DNA of 64,000 nt from sequence record NZ_CP090008.1; one strand, given 5' to 3'. This DNA comes from a plasmid. This document shows, piece after piece, positions 48,617 to 58,818 of this stretch (position 1 is the stretch's first letter; the number at the start of each line of letters is the position of its first letter). Both the position numbers and the translations under genes were made by a program. Below the pieces are notes generated by a model. The model did no database searches. It was not told the DNA's origin and worked only from the letters and a program-made list of their open reading frames with translations.

Positions 48617-49147
48617 ATGAACACACCTCGTATTAACCGATTTTTAGGTGAATGGTTGGACAGACAGACTAGCCCAGACTTTTTTAAAAAAGGTTTGATT
48701 CTTCTGAATGCATATGACTTTCTCGACAGTAAGGCGGATGCCATTCCTGGTCTCATCGCTCATAAAAAAAGCCCTCTACGTCGGCAATTAGATGAAGCTC
48801 TCGCTAGTCGTGGGTACTGTTATCTTAAGCCTATTAAAGTCAATGCTCAAAACTCCATTGAAGTAGAGAAGTACTATCGATTTGAAGCTACACCTAAAGG
48901 TTCCAATGAACCTATTACTTACTATGGTCTAGGTGCGTACTTTATTTACCGTGCTATATTCAATAATGAATTCGACATTGATTCTGGCTTTCAATATGAT
49001 GACGAAGAACTCTTTTATGAAGACATTGGATTTGATGCTCTATTCCATAATAAACCTGTTTTTCTATTAGGAAATACGCCCTCTGATGATATAGAGGTAT
49101 CTTGGCAGGATGTTGGGATCTCAATCCGTAGACGGGCCTTTAATTAG
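48617..49147 (+). CDS. hypothetical protein (176 aa)
   Basis: RBS AAAGGAG; terminator agagca-gt-atgctct + T7 at 49186. Confidence 0.5.
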   Translation: MNTPRINRFLGEWLDRQTSPDFFKKGLILLNAYDFLDSKADAIPGLIAHKKSPLRRQLDEALASRGYCYLKPIKVNAQNSIEVEKYYRFEATPKGSNEPITYYGLGAYFIYRAIFNNEFDIDSGFQYDDEELFYEDIGFDALFHNKPVFLLGNTPSDDIEVSWQDVGISIRRRAFN

Positions 49148-49216
49148 TTAGACATCGAATACAATCCACGAATAGATTACATAAGAGCAGTATGCTCTTT
49201 TTTTGTGTTTTCATAG

Positions 49217-49257
49217 GGTGTCACTGGGTTTGAGTCAGGGATGACTTTTGCTATTAT
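49217..49257 (+). promoter_or_regulatory. promoter: GGTGTCACTGGG element + TTTGAG -N17- TATTAT
   Basis: Conserved element copy 3. Confidence 0.5.
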
Positions 49258-49294
49258 CTGATTGTAATTTTTTTAGAAAGGAAATTGCTTATTT

Positions 49295-50605
49295 ATGGAT
49301 AAAAACAAACGTTCAATGATCCTAAAATCTGGAGCTTTTTTAACAGCCCTTGTAGCAACAGGTTTGGTTAATAATGGGGTATCAGCAGACGAAACTGCCG
49401 CACCAACTGGACCAACAGATAATGCTACTGTTGCGACTGGACACTCCGATACACTTCTTCCTCCCGCTTCATCAACACCAGCGACACCCGGTACCAATAC
49501 TACAGATGTCCCAACTGCTGAAGCACCTAAAGTTGACACTCCAAAAAATGAAGGTGTAACAACTGAGACACCTAAAGTAACTGACGGTTCTACTGGTACA
49601 GGTGTAGCTACACCTACGACTTCTGAAAATGCAAATACAACTGCTGAAACGTCTACAGTTACCTCTGAAGGAAGTGAAGGAAACTCTACTTCTGATACAA
49701 CTTCAACTGCATCAGAAACACCTACCCCTTCAGAGCACACAGTAACTGAAACTCCTACTAAGCCTAACGCTACGGATACTGCTAATACTAACCATAATAG
49801 TGAAAATAACACTAGCAGTAGCAGTGAAAGTTCAACAAATCCTGTTAATGATAAAGGGTCAACTGTTGCCACACCAACTCCAGCACCAACTGAAGGGAAT
49901 AACGCTTCAAGTTCTGAAGCACCTAGTGGCTCATCAACTTCAGCTGAATCTTCTTCAACAAGTTCAGAAACACCAAAAGTATCTGATGGAACATCTGGAA
50001 CAGGTGTAAGTTTGCCAAGTAGCGAAGGAACAACATCTTCTGAGAAATCATCAACCTCTCCAGAACTATCTGAAACTGCTATAAATACACCTCATATTCT
50101 TGACGGAACTAATGGAACTGGTGTCTCTACGCCATCTGAACATAAATCAGACAATCGTACAGAAGTAGCTTCAACTTCAGCAGCATCTTCAAACAAAGTA
50201 GTTGAGTCTCCTAAAACTGAAGAAACTCCTAAAGTTAGCGACACGAATGTTCAAGAAGCACCTAAACCAGGGGACGTTTCTCCTTCAACAAAACAAGTTG
50301 TACTTAATGTGACTCCTAGTCAACCAGTCGTCACAAATACTGGTTATAAAGTTGTCTCAACAAACAATAGTGATCTTATCGTACAAAACTTCGATGGTTC
50401 TGTAGCCTCAGTTCCAGCTTCACAGGCAGGAGGAGCAGTGAATGAGGATGGAACTGTCTCTGTTAAGACCGAGGCAGGAGAAATGGTAACACTTCCTGAA
50501 ACAGGGGAAGCTGGAACAAAACTCGTTACCTTTGGATTCTTGATTTTGGCAGCACTTGGTCTTCAACGTACAGCTGTAAAACAAGATAAATGGTACTCAA
50601 ACTAA
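49295..50605 (+). CDS. Ser/Thr-rich LPXTG cell-wall-anchored surface protein (PrgC-like)
   Basis: Signal peptide; low-complexity T/S/E repeats; LPETGEAGTKL + hydrophobic anchor + basic tail. Confidence 0.7.
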   Translation: MDKNKRSMILKSGAFLTALVATGLVNNGVSADETAAPTGPTDNATVATGHSDTLLPPASSTPATPGTNTTDVPTAEAPKVDTPKNEGVTTETPKVTDGSTGTGVATPTTSENANTTAETSTVTSEGSEGNSTSDTTSTASETPTPSEHTVTETPTKPNATDTANTNHNSENNTSSSSESSTNPVNDKGSTVATPTPAPTEGNNASSSEAPSGSSTSAESSSTSSETPKVSDGTSGTGVSLPSSEGTTSSEKSSTSPELSETAINTPHILDGTNGTGVSTPSEHKSDNRTEVASTSAASSNKVVESPKTEETPKVSDTNVQEAPKPGDVSPSTKQVVLNVTPSQPVVTNTGYKVVSTNNSDLIVQNFDGSVASVPASQAGGAVNEDGTVSVKTEAGEMVTLPETGEAGTKLVTFGFLILAALGLQRTAVKQDKWYSN

Positions 50606-50623
50606 GAAAGGTGATTATTTTAA

Positions 50624-53164
50624 ATGTTTAAAGACTCAAATAACACGAAAGGACATGGCTCTATTCGTAAGAATAAGGTCTATGGAGCAGTAGGTGTACT
50701 TGCACTCGGTGCTGCAGCAATCGTTGGAGGAACTTCTCAAGCATCCGCAGATGAAGTAACTGAAGCTCCTGTAAATTCAGAACCAGTTGCGACCTCACAA
50801 GCAAACGCAGACAGCCTTATGTCACAAGCTACAGCTGTTGCGACTTCAGATGTCTCTACTCCAACAACCATAGCGACTGCAACAAACACTACTGATTCAC
50901 AACCTACTGAAACAGTAGCAGAAGTAGCTACTACACAACCAGTAAGTACTAATGATAATAATGCTTACGCTGAAAAGGCTAATACATCTACTGAAGCTGA
51001 AAAGGTAACTATCGACAACACAGCTGTCACAGATGCAGTTGCTACTGCAAAAGACAGTGGGGTTAAAGTAACACAAGATGCTACGCAAGACAAAGGGACA
51101 CCAACCACAAGTGAAGACCTCGCAACAAAGCAAGCTGAAATCAAGGCCGACCAAAATGAACAAGTAGCTACAATCAAACAAGCTACCCAGGACGCATCTG
51201 GACGCCAATCAGCCTATGATGCAGCTGACAAAGCTCACGACACACTTGAAACTCAAGTAGACAAAGCGGTTAAAGATAGTAATGGACTTATTAAAGCTGA
51301 AGCTACTGAAATCTCAAGTGGGGATGGTAAAAATGTAGGTGATTACAACACCTATACTGAACAGGTTAACAAGCAGATTGCTTCGAACAAAGAAACCATC
51401 GACAAATTTAACAAAGATTATGCTGCTATGAAGGATAATGCTAACGTTAATGTTGATGGACGTGTGACAACACAAAATGTTGATCAATTGACTTACGGGA
51501 ACTCTGTTCAAAATGGTAGTGTTAATCCAGACGGCACCTTCTCATTCACGCACGATATGAATGACTCAGCTAATGATAGCTTGGGTGTTTTGGGTACAGG
51601 TACCCTTAATGGTAAGGTTAATTTCACGTCTGCTGCTAACGGAGACGGTTCGACAACCGTAACACTTAATAGTCTCGATTTGTGGAACTATGCTTATACA
51701 AGTAACCGTCTGAATACTGGTGTTAACCAAAATCTTAACTACCACGTTTACACAGACGGAGAAGAAATCTACTCAGTAAACCATGATGGTAACTCAAGCT
51801 TTGCGGAAGATATCAATCGTAGTATTGCACTTAACAAGTCCTATGTCTTGAAACCAGGCGAAACTACTGGTATTATCCCAATTCTTAACATCGATGATAA
51901 TTGGATTATCAATACTCATGGTCAGTTAAGTCTCGATTTCACTAATCCAAACACTGTACCATCAGCTACAGTTAAAAAGGTTAATGAACCTGTTAAACCA
52001 GAAATTCCATCAGCAAGTTATCATGACTACAGTATGAATTATCAACCAACTGTAACTAAGACTGTCCTCAACAGCGACGGTGAAAATGTTAATGGTAAGA
52101 TGATTCCTAAAAATGATGAACATACCTATGTTTTGAATAACGGAAACATCTTTGCCAATGCAAAGGTTGGCGATACTGTGACAACTCGTGATCCACTTGA
52201 ATTCGGAGAAGTTCCAAATATCGAAGCCAACAAGACTGAAAATGAGGCTAAAGGTTGGAACGTTGATTATGATGAGGCTTCTAAGACTTACACATTTACA
52301 GCCAAATATGATGGGAAAACTCTTGAAGCACCTACAATCAAGTTCGTAGCAACGGACGATAACGGTTTCTACGATAATACTTATAAAGCTGGTCGTAACG
52401 GTTACGAAACCTTCTCTGATACTGTCACTAACAAGACGCCAACAGCTCCTAAGCCACATAAGTCTGTTACAGACTCAAAAGGAAATGACATCGATGGCCA
52501 AACGACATCTGATGATAAAGTCAACTTCCATTTGACAACTGACTATAGTCCATATAAAGACATGGCCGCTTCTAAGAAAGCTCTCGAATTTGCACTTCTC
52601 GATGACGTGCAAGATGGTGCCTTCACTGTAGATGAAGATGCTATTACTATTCGCGATAGCAATAACAAAGATGTCAAAGAACTCTTTGATATGTATCACG
52701 TACTTTCGGATGAAGGACGTACTGATGCCATCAACAAGATCCTAGAAAAATCTGGTCTTAATCCAACTGGTGAGTTCTATCTCTGGGTAGCCAAAAATCC
52801 AGTTGATTATTACCAAAACTACATTCTTAAGAACAATAATGTAACAGTTAATCTCCCTGCTACATTGAAAGTCCCTGCAGGTACTACTGTAGAAAATGAT
52901 TTCTATCAGATTGATTTTGGTAATGCCTATAAATCAAATCTTGTTTCATTCGATACACCACCAGCAGCACCAGTAGGAGAGTCTGGCGGACCTACTTCTA
53001 CCCCAGTAACTCCAGTAGAAGAAGTGCCTGTCCAACAACAAGCTATTAAGGTTCTTCCTAATACTGGTGAAAAATCAACTTCAGCGTTTGCTGCAGTAGG
53101 AGCAGTTATTCTAGCTACTACACTAGGTATGCTTGGTTTCTCAAAACGTAGTAAAGAATGCTAA
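50624..53164 (+). CDS. antigen I/II-family (PrgB/aggregation-substance-like) LPXTG adhesin
   Basis: Signal peptide; C-terminal region LFDMYHVLSDEGRTDAINKILEKSGLNPTGEFYLWVAKNPVDYYQNYI...DFYQIDFGNAYKSN matches AgI/II C-terminal domain (LEMRHVLS...SPVGEFYMWVAKDP...YQIDFGNGYY); LPNTGE anchor. Confidence 0.65.
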   Translation: MFKDSNNTKGHGSIRKNKVYGAVGVLALGAAAIVGGTSQASADEVTEAPVNSEPVATSQANADSLMSQATAVATSDVSTPTTIATATNTTDSQPTETVAEVATTQPVSTNDNNAYAEKANTSTEAEKVTIDNTAVTDAVATAKDSGVKVTQDATQDKGTPTTSEDLATKQAEIKADQNEQVATIKQATQDASGRQSAYDAADKAHDTLETQVDKAVKDSNGLIKAEATEISSGDGKNVGDYNTYTEQVNKQIASNKETIDKFNKDYAAMKDNANVNVDGRVTTQNVDQLTYGNSVQNGSVNPDGTFSFTHDMNDSANDSLGVLGTGTLNGKVNFTSAANGDGSTTVTLNSLDLWNYAYTSNRLNTGVNQNLNYHVYTDGEEIYSVNHDGNSSFAEDINRSIALNKSYVLKPGETTGIIPILNIDDNWIINTHGQLSLDFTNPNTVPSATVKKVNEPVKPEIPSASYHDYSMNYQPTVTKTVLNSDGENVNGKMIPKNDEHTYVLNNGNIFANAKVGDTVTTRDPLEFGEVPNIEANKTENEAKGWNVDYDEASKTYTFTAKYDGKTLEAPTIKFVATDDNGFYDNTYKAGRNGYETFSDTVTNKTPTAPKPHKSVTDSKGNDIDGQTTSDDKVNFHLTTDYSPYKDMAASKKALEFALLDDVQDGAFTVDEDAITIRDSNNKDVKELFDMYHVLSDEGRTDAINKILEKSGLNPTGEFYLWVAKNPVDYYQNYILKNNNVTVNLPATLKVPAGTTVENDFYQIDFGNAYKSNLVSFDTPPAAPVGESGGPTSTPVTPVEEVPVQQQAIKVLPNTGEKSTSAFAAVGAVILATTLGMLGFSKRSKEC

Positions 53165-53255
53165 GATACCACCCACTTCTTAAAAAATCCTTTTCCCTAT
53201 TCTAAATTCATAATTCCCTAAAAGCACAGCTCACAAGAGTTGTGCTTTTTTAAGA

Positions 53256-53296
53256 GGTGTCACTGGGTTACAAATAGATATTTGTTTTCCTATAAT
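53256..53296 (+). promoter_or_regulatory. promoter: GGTGTCACTGGG element + TTACAA -N17- TATAAT
   Basis: Conserved element copy 4, directly after terminator 53222-53252. Confidence 0.55.
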
Positions 53297-53412
53297 AAAG
53301 AAGTACTTTAAAACAAACTAGGAAGGAAGTTATTGCTTATATGAGAACTGATAATTTATATAATTATGAACTTATGAAATCAAGACCATATAGGTAGAAA
53401 GAAGGTATCTAT

Positions 53413-54066
53413 TTGAAAAATAATAAATTAATGTTCATGTTGCTGATGAAATGGTTTGCTGAAAGTATTTATTTCCTTGAAATCATATTTATAATAGCCA
53501 CTTCAGTTCTGTTATTAGCAAACAATATTTTCAATGTTTCAACAAAGACGATTCATATTGTCGCCCTGGTGTTACTAGTGTTTTATGTATGTATTGGTTT
53601 GTTATTAGCTAACCGAAAAAATAAATTTACGATGTCAGTTAATTACTTTAAATTGATAGGAGCACTAGCTTATATCGTCCTGATCACCACTCTAAAAGGT
53701 ATTGTGTTTGATATTTTGACACATCCACTGGTTACCTTAGAGATTGCACTTCCATATTTTTTAGCTATTGGCTTACGAAATTTCAGTAAGAGCCAGATAA
53801 CAAAAATCATTTTTGATGACCGTCATAACGCAAATATCAGAGGACGATTTGATTCTGTAGAAAATATAAAGGATTCTATGCGTACATCTATAGCTAGTAG
53901 CATTACTCCTGAATTTAATGGACTTATGGAAATCAGAGATGAAAAATTTAGGCAAGACACAAAGGGTAATGTAGCTGGAATGTTCAAGGTCTTGCTAAAA
54001 TCCGGATTTCTTGGGTTTAAACATATCCCATTGACTAAAGTAACACTGACATTTAACTTAGAATAA
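53413..54066 (+). CDS. polytopic membrane protein
   Basis: 217 aa, 4-5 TM helices. Confidence 0.45.
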   Translation: MKNNKLMFMLLMKWFAESIYFLEIIFIIATSVLLLANNIFNVSTKTIHIVALVLLVFYVCIGLLLANRKNKFTMSVNYFKLIGALAYIVLITTLKGIVFDILTHPLVTLEIALPYFLAIGLRNFSKSQITKIIFDDRHNANIRGRFDSVENIKDSMRTSIASSITPEFNGLMEIRDEKFRQDTKGNVAGMFKVLLKSGFLGFKHIPLTKVTLTFNLE

Positions 54067-54078
54067 GAGGTAATCACG

Positions 54079-54648
54079 ATGAAGAAAAATATTTTAACAA
54101 CGGAACAAGCAAGTTTTTTGAAGCAGTACAATTTCTCTCTATACCAGGAACGTTTTGAGGTACTATGTAAAGCTCAAAAAGCTGAAAAGGATGGGCATCT
54201 AAATTTTGCCTCGGACGATGAATATAAAACATTTATTGATGCTGTAATGACTGGAGAATGGTCTGAAGAACTCTTTATGATCAACCTATCAAATCCTATT
54301 GGATGTGAACATTTCCTTGCAGCACGAGAAGATGACAATGGCGGAATAATTTGGGATGTCGTCGATTATAGTGAGGGAGACCGCTTCACTAAAGAACAAA
54401 TCCAGACGATTGTTCCAGAGGCATATCGATATAGTGCCTTTATGGTCTCTGAGATTGCTGCAGACAAAGACTGGGGTCCAGAAGCTCAACACCAACGACT
54501 TGAACAAGCTAAAAAGCAAGCCCAAGAACATGAAAAGCCTATCGAGAACTTTCCAAAACCTCGTGTAATCACAGAAGAAGAAAGACATGATGACTATACA
54601 CAAAGTTCTATCAGAACAGTAGCAGCAACCTTGAGACCTGCACAATAA
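54079..54648 (+). CDS. hypothetical protein (189 aa)
   Basis: RBS AGAGGT; two hairpin terminators at 54703-54760. Confidence 0.5.
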   Translation: MKKNILTTEQASFLKQYNFSLYQERFEVLCKAQKAEKDGHLNFASDDEYKTFIDAVMTGEWSEELFMINLSNPIGCEHFLAAREDDNGGIIWDVVDYSEGDRFTKEQIQTIVPEAYRYSAFMVSEIAADKDWGPEAQHQRLEQAKKQAQEHEKPIENFPKPRVITEEERHDDYTQSSIRTVAATLRPAQ

Positions 54649-55257
54649 TCATAGGACTAGCTAAGGATAGCATATAGTGATGCTAAGTGTGAATATAAAA
54701 AAAGACCAACATCATTTTTGATGTTGGTCTTCATTCTGAGCTGGACTGAGGTCCGGCTTTTTTTGATGAGTTTAAGTATTTTGTGTGAATATTATGAGCT
54801 TCTTTTCTAAAAGTTTGGAGTTACTTTATAAAATGATATTGAGTTTGTGTGTCGTATTTATGTATTGTGAAATAAATTGTGTTGATAATTTCTTTTATGG
54901 AGAGTATTTTTCAATTTTTAGGGAAAATTATACCGTTATTTAAAAAAATTTTAAAGAGTAGAATTATTTGGATGCTTTTAAGAAAAATTAAATTAGAAAT
55001 CATGATGAATATGTGAAGGTTTAGCTTTCTGCGTCCTCAAAAAATTAAAGGAAAATAAAACGAGCATATATTGGCATTTTCACTGCAATTGTAATGATTT
55101 TACGCTTTTTTAAATTGTGTAAAAACAGTTGTTTTTTAATTATCAATCTAATCTTAATAATAATTAAATGATAATAATAGTTCTAAAATATATTGAAAAA
55201 CCTTATTTTAAAAGAATTTATTAACTCGAAATAATGATTTAAATTTTCAAAAAATAC

Positions 55258-55286
55258 TTGACACCCTTAAATTTCGGGAGTAAAAT
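55258..55286 (+). promoter_or_regulatory. promoter TTGACA-N17-TAAAAT
   Basis: ttgaca cccttaaatttcgggag taaaat. Confidence 0.6.
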
Positions 55287-55325
55287 TCTAATAGTTGTAA
55301 ATAATTATTCATCCAGGGTTAATTT

Positions 55326-55373
55326 CGCGCCAGCCTACGCGGGCGCGAATACGGGGTTAAACCCCGGAACCCC
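55326..55373 (+). promoter_or_regulatory. two GC-rich hairpins in 5'UTR of prgA-like gene
   Basis: cgcgcc-agcctacgcg-ggcgcg and cggggtt-a-aaccccg in otherwise ~20% GC DNA. Confidence 0.45.
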
Positions 55374-55417
55374 TTATTATTTTTGAAAACAAATTATTTT
55401 ATTGAGGGATAACACTT

Positions 55418-58192
55418 ATGAAAGAAACAAACAACAAAATGAAATTTATCGCTGGTACTGCTGCAATTGTAGCTGCGGCTTGTGCAACAGGTGTTGTAAA
55501 TGCTGATGAAGTAACAGTAACTACACCAGACACAAATGCTGTATCTGAAACACAAGCTCAATCAACCGTTACTGAACAACAAGTATCAGATGCAAAACAA
55601 AATATGGAAAAAGCTGAAACAGCCGCTGTTATTCAAGAATCAGCAACTGGTTTGGCTCAAAATCAAGTAAATGACGCTCAAAATCAAGTGAATGCTGCTC
55701 AAAGTCAAGTGACTGACGCACAAGCAACAGCAGCACAAGCGACACCTGAAGCCATCGCTCAAGCTACTAATGCGATCACAACAGCTGACAGTCACGTACC
55801 TGTTGCAGAAAAGGCAGTAACTGAAGCACAAGCTACCGCTACAAACGCTCAAACGGCTGTGACAAACCAAAAAGCTGTTGTATCAGACGCTCAAGCGGCT
55901 GCAGATAAGTCACAAGCTAAAAGTGACGCTGCTCAAGCAAAAGTAGATGCTCTTGCAAAAGAATCGACAGATGTATCAACAGCTCAAGATAATGTAACAG
56001 TGGCAGAAGCAACTGTAGTACGAGCTAAATCAGATGTGAAAACAGCTGAAACAAACCTTGAAACAGCTAAAAAGGCAGATTCAAAACTTGACCAAGCAAT
56101 TTCAGATGCAAACGGTTCCGTATCAACAGCTGAACAAGGTGTTAAAGATGCAAAACAAACTGTAACAGCCAAAGAAACTGTCGTAAGTCAAGCACAAGCA
56201 GCCTTTGACCAAGCAAAAGCGGCTGCAGATACTGTCAAACCATTAGCGACATGGGAATCAAAAGTTAATATTCCAGAAGAATACTTGAATGCATTGAAGA
56301 AATGGGTGAATGCTAAAGGTGCTGACCGCACGCAAGCAGCTAAAGACGCTCTTGCAATTTATAACGCGCTTCCAATCACAACAGATTCCAACATCATTAA
56401 CCAATATACTAAAATCGTACATGTTTATGATGGTGATATCCATTACGACGCAAACGATAATGGGATTTGTAATTACTTTTATCCAGACACAATTAAAGTA
56501 TATGATGATACTAAATATGATGTCGAAAATCTCCCAGAAAACGTGAACAATATTGTAAACCAATATTTTATAGATCAAGTTAATGCCTTTCGTCATGCAC
56601 TAGGTCTACCCGATGCAACACTTAACACTTTAATGATGGATGTTGCAAAAGCACGCGCAGTGAAATACAACGCATTACGTGATAACACTAATGACTTTGG
56701 TCCTGACCTCTCATTTTGGCTTTCAACACAAGCAGAAGTCAATCCCGAATTGAAGAACTTGCTTGTTATAGAAAACTTAACAAATCAACCTCACTTCAAA
56801 CCGTTCTCAGGTGATTTGGCATACAAACGATCTCATTATGCAACATTAAGCGAAATTCTAGAGGGTGTTCGTGAAGCTGTATTTTTATTCACAGTGGATG
56901 ATGGGACAAATTATTATGGTCATACAGCTAGTTTGACGGACTACGACCAACAAGGTATTTCAATGTACCTACAAGACAACAGTAATTCGTTTATTGAAGT
57001 TCCAGCAGAATTCAATGTTGTAAACGCAATGTCAAGATTGAGTGACGCTCAATTTAACCAAGACTTTGCAGGTGGTCATGTATATGATGTATTGTTAGCA
57101 GGTCGAGCAAACTTTGAGCCAAGTGTAGATGCATACAATAAAGTAGTATTGAAACAAACAACTGCAGGTGTTGCGTTGAAAGCTGCTCAAGAAGATGTTA
57201 CCGTAGCTAAAACAGCAGTCACAACGGCTCAAAAGGCTGTCGATGACGCAAAAGCAAAAGTAGCAGAGCTTGAATCACGTGAACGTCAAACACCAAAAGC
57301 AGAAGCTGAATTGAGTGCTGCTCAAGCTAAGTTGACAGAAGCTGAAGGTAAACTTGCAGTGGCTAAAGTTGTGCTTGCATCCGTAACAGCTGAAGAAGCA
57401 ACTAAAGCCCAAGCGCTTGCACAAGCAAAAGCAGATGCTAAAGTTGCAAAAGAAAAATCTGATGATGCAATGGTTGCACTTGCAACTGAACAAGCTAAAT
57501 TGGCAGAACTTAAATCAGTAGCTGAAAAAGCAAATAACGATGTTGTTAATGCTCAAAAAGCTCTTGACGACGCAAAATTGGCTGTAGAAGCTGCAAAAGC
57601 TCATAAAACTGAATTAGAAAATGCGCAAGCTAACCTTGCAGCCGCTCAAGTTAACCTTGCAGCCGCTCAAGTTAAACTTGTCAACGCTCAAGCTAAACTT
57701 GCCGCTGAACAAGCTAAACTTACAGACGCTCGTAGCAAATATGCATCAGCTAAATCAGAATATGAAACCGTGTTGACTAAATATGAAGTTCAAAAAGCGT
57801 TAGATGATGCTAAAAAAGGTAATATTGTGACACCTGATACTAAACCTGAAACTGGTAAAACTGACAATTCTAAGCCAGAAAATAAAGAAGTTGAGCCAGA
57901 AACTGACGTTGTAAAACCAAATCAAGGTGCAAAAGCTAAATATGACGATGTTGTGGCACCGAAAGTGGTAAGCAGTCAAGGCGAAGCAGCACCAGTATCA
58001 GTATCTAAATTCAACAAGACACAAGAACAAACAGTCAACACTGTAGCAGAAGCTACCGCAGTAGCTGTTAAAGCCGGACATCGTCACACACTTCCAGAAA
58101 CAGGTGATAATGATGGTGTTATTGCAAGTGTTGCAGGTATTGGTCTTCTTGGCCTTCTTGGATTTGTTGGTCGCAAACGTAAGGAAAACTAA
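55418..58192 (+). CDS. PrgA/Sec10-like surface exclusion protein (LPXTG, Ala-rich coiled coil)
   Basis: Signal peptide; long AQAKL... heptad repeats flanking a globular domain; LPETGDNDG + anchor + RKRKEN. Confidence 0.65.
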   Translation: MKETNNKMKFIAGTAAIVAAACATGVVNADEVTVTTPDTNAVSETQAQSTVTEQQVSDAKQNMEKAETAAVIQESATGLAQNQVNDAQNQVNAAQSQVTDAQATAAQATPEAIAQATNAITTADSHVPVAEKAVTEAQATATNAQTAVTNQKAVVSDAQAAADKSQAKSDAAQAKVDALAKESTDVSTAQDNVTVAEATVVRAKSDVKTAETNLETAKKADSKLDQAISDANGSVSTAEQGVKDAKQTVTAKETVVSQAQAAFDQAKAAADTVKPLATWESKVNIPEEYLNALKKWVNAKGADRTQAAKDALAIYNALPITTDSNIINQYTKIVHVYDGDIHYDANDNGICNYFYPDTIKVYDDTKYDVENLPENVNNIVNQYFIDQVNAFRHALGLPDATLNTLMMDVAKARAVKYNALRDNTNDFGPDLSFWLSTQAEVNPELKNLLVIENLTNQPHFKPFSGDLAYKRSHYATLSEILEGVREAVFLFTVDDGTNYYGHTASLTDYDQQGISMYLQDNSNSFIEVPAEFNVVNAMSRLSDAQFNQDFAGGHVYDVLLAGRANFEPSVDAYNKVVLKQTTAGVALKAAQEDVTVAKTAVTTAQKAVDDAKAKVAELESRERQTPKAEAELSAAQAKLTEAEGKLAVAKVVLASVTAEEATKAQALAQAKADAKVAKEKSDDAMVALATEQAKLAELKSVAEKANNDVVNAQKALDDAKLAVEAAKAHKTELENAQANLAAAQVNLAAAQVKLVNAQAKLAAEQAKLTDARSKYASAKSEYETVLTKYEVQKALDDAKKGNIVTPDTKPETGKTDNSKPENKEVEPETDVVKPNQGAKAKYDDVVAPKVVSSQGEAAPVSVSKFNKTQEQTVNTVAEATAVAVKAGHRHTLPETGDNDGVIASVAGIGLLGLLGFVGRKRKEN

Positions 58193-58672
58193 TCAATTGA
58201 TTAGGGGCAAAGCATAAGGGTTGTAGAACGACGAGATTATAAACTTTCTTGAGCAAGCGAGTGATGGTTCGATAGCCGTAAATAAAGTGATTTTCCATAC
58301 AGAGTTGTTCGATTTTATCTGCTATTTCATCTCTTTTCTGAGAATTCTTATACTCCTGTTTCCAGCGGTAAAAGGTTGAGCGTTTGACACCGAAACACTC
58401 TAAAATGATTGATACAGGACACGTTTTCTTATACTCTTCCACTAGCTTGATAAGACTTACTTTGTAGATTCTCTTACCAAGCTCTGATACTTTTTTAGTA
58501 ATTCTACCTGCAAACGTAACTGTTCTACTTCGGATAACTGTTTCATCCCTTTACCATAGGTATATTGTTTCCCCACAGGTTGGTGGAAACGGTACAATTC
58601 ATCATTCTGAGGATAGCATATAGTGATGCTATCCTTTTTGTATTGAATCATATACCACGCGCAACACTTCAC
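58119..58672 (-). mobile_element. IS3-family remnant (OrfA + 5' part of OrfB)
   Basis: 58457..58672(-) has OrfA leucine-zipper end LSEVEQLRLQVELLKK; 58119..58442(-) resembles OrfB N-terminus; overlaps 3' end of prgA-like gene, so truncated. Confidence 0.55.
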
Positions 58673-58818
58673 TTCACAACTCTAGTAATTTTCTTGAATA
58701 ATAATCAAAAGACTACTTTAAAATATGAGAATGTTTAAGTATAATAAAAACAGAATACTTAATAGGAAGTCCCCGTTAGCTATTTGGGGTAATGAACACT
58801 TGGTTTTTGGAGATTAAA

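Noticed and set aside
49273-49872. 199-aa minus-strand ORF and several plus-strand alternative-frame ORFs overlapping the LPXTG gene
   Set aside because: Antisense/alt-frame artefacts of the Thr/Ser repeat region (V/S/L-rich nonsense).
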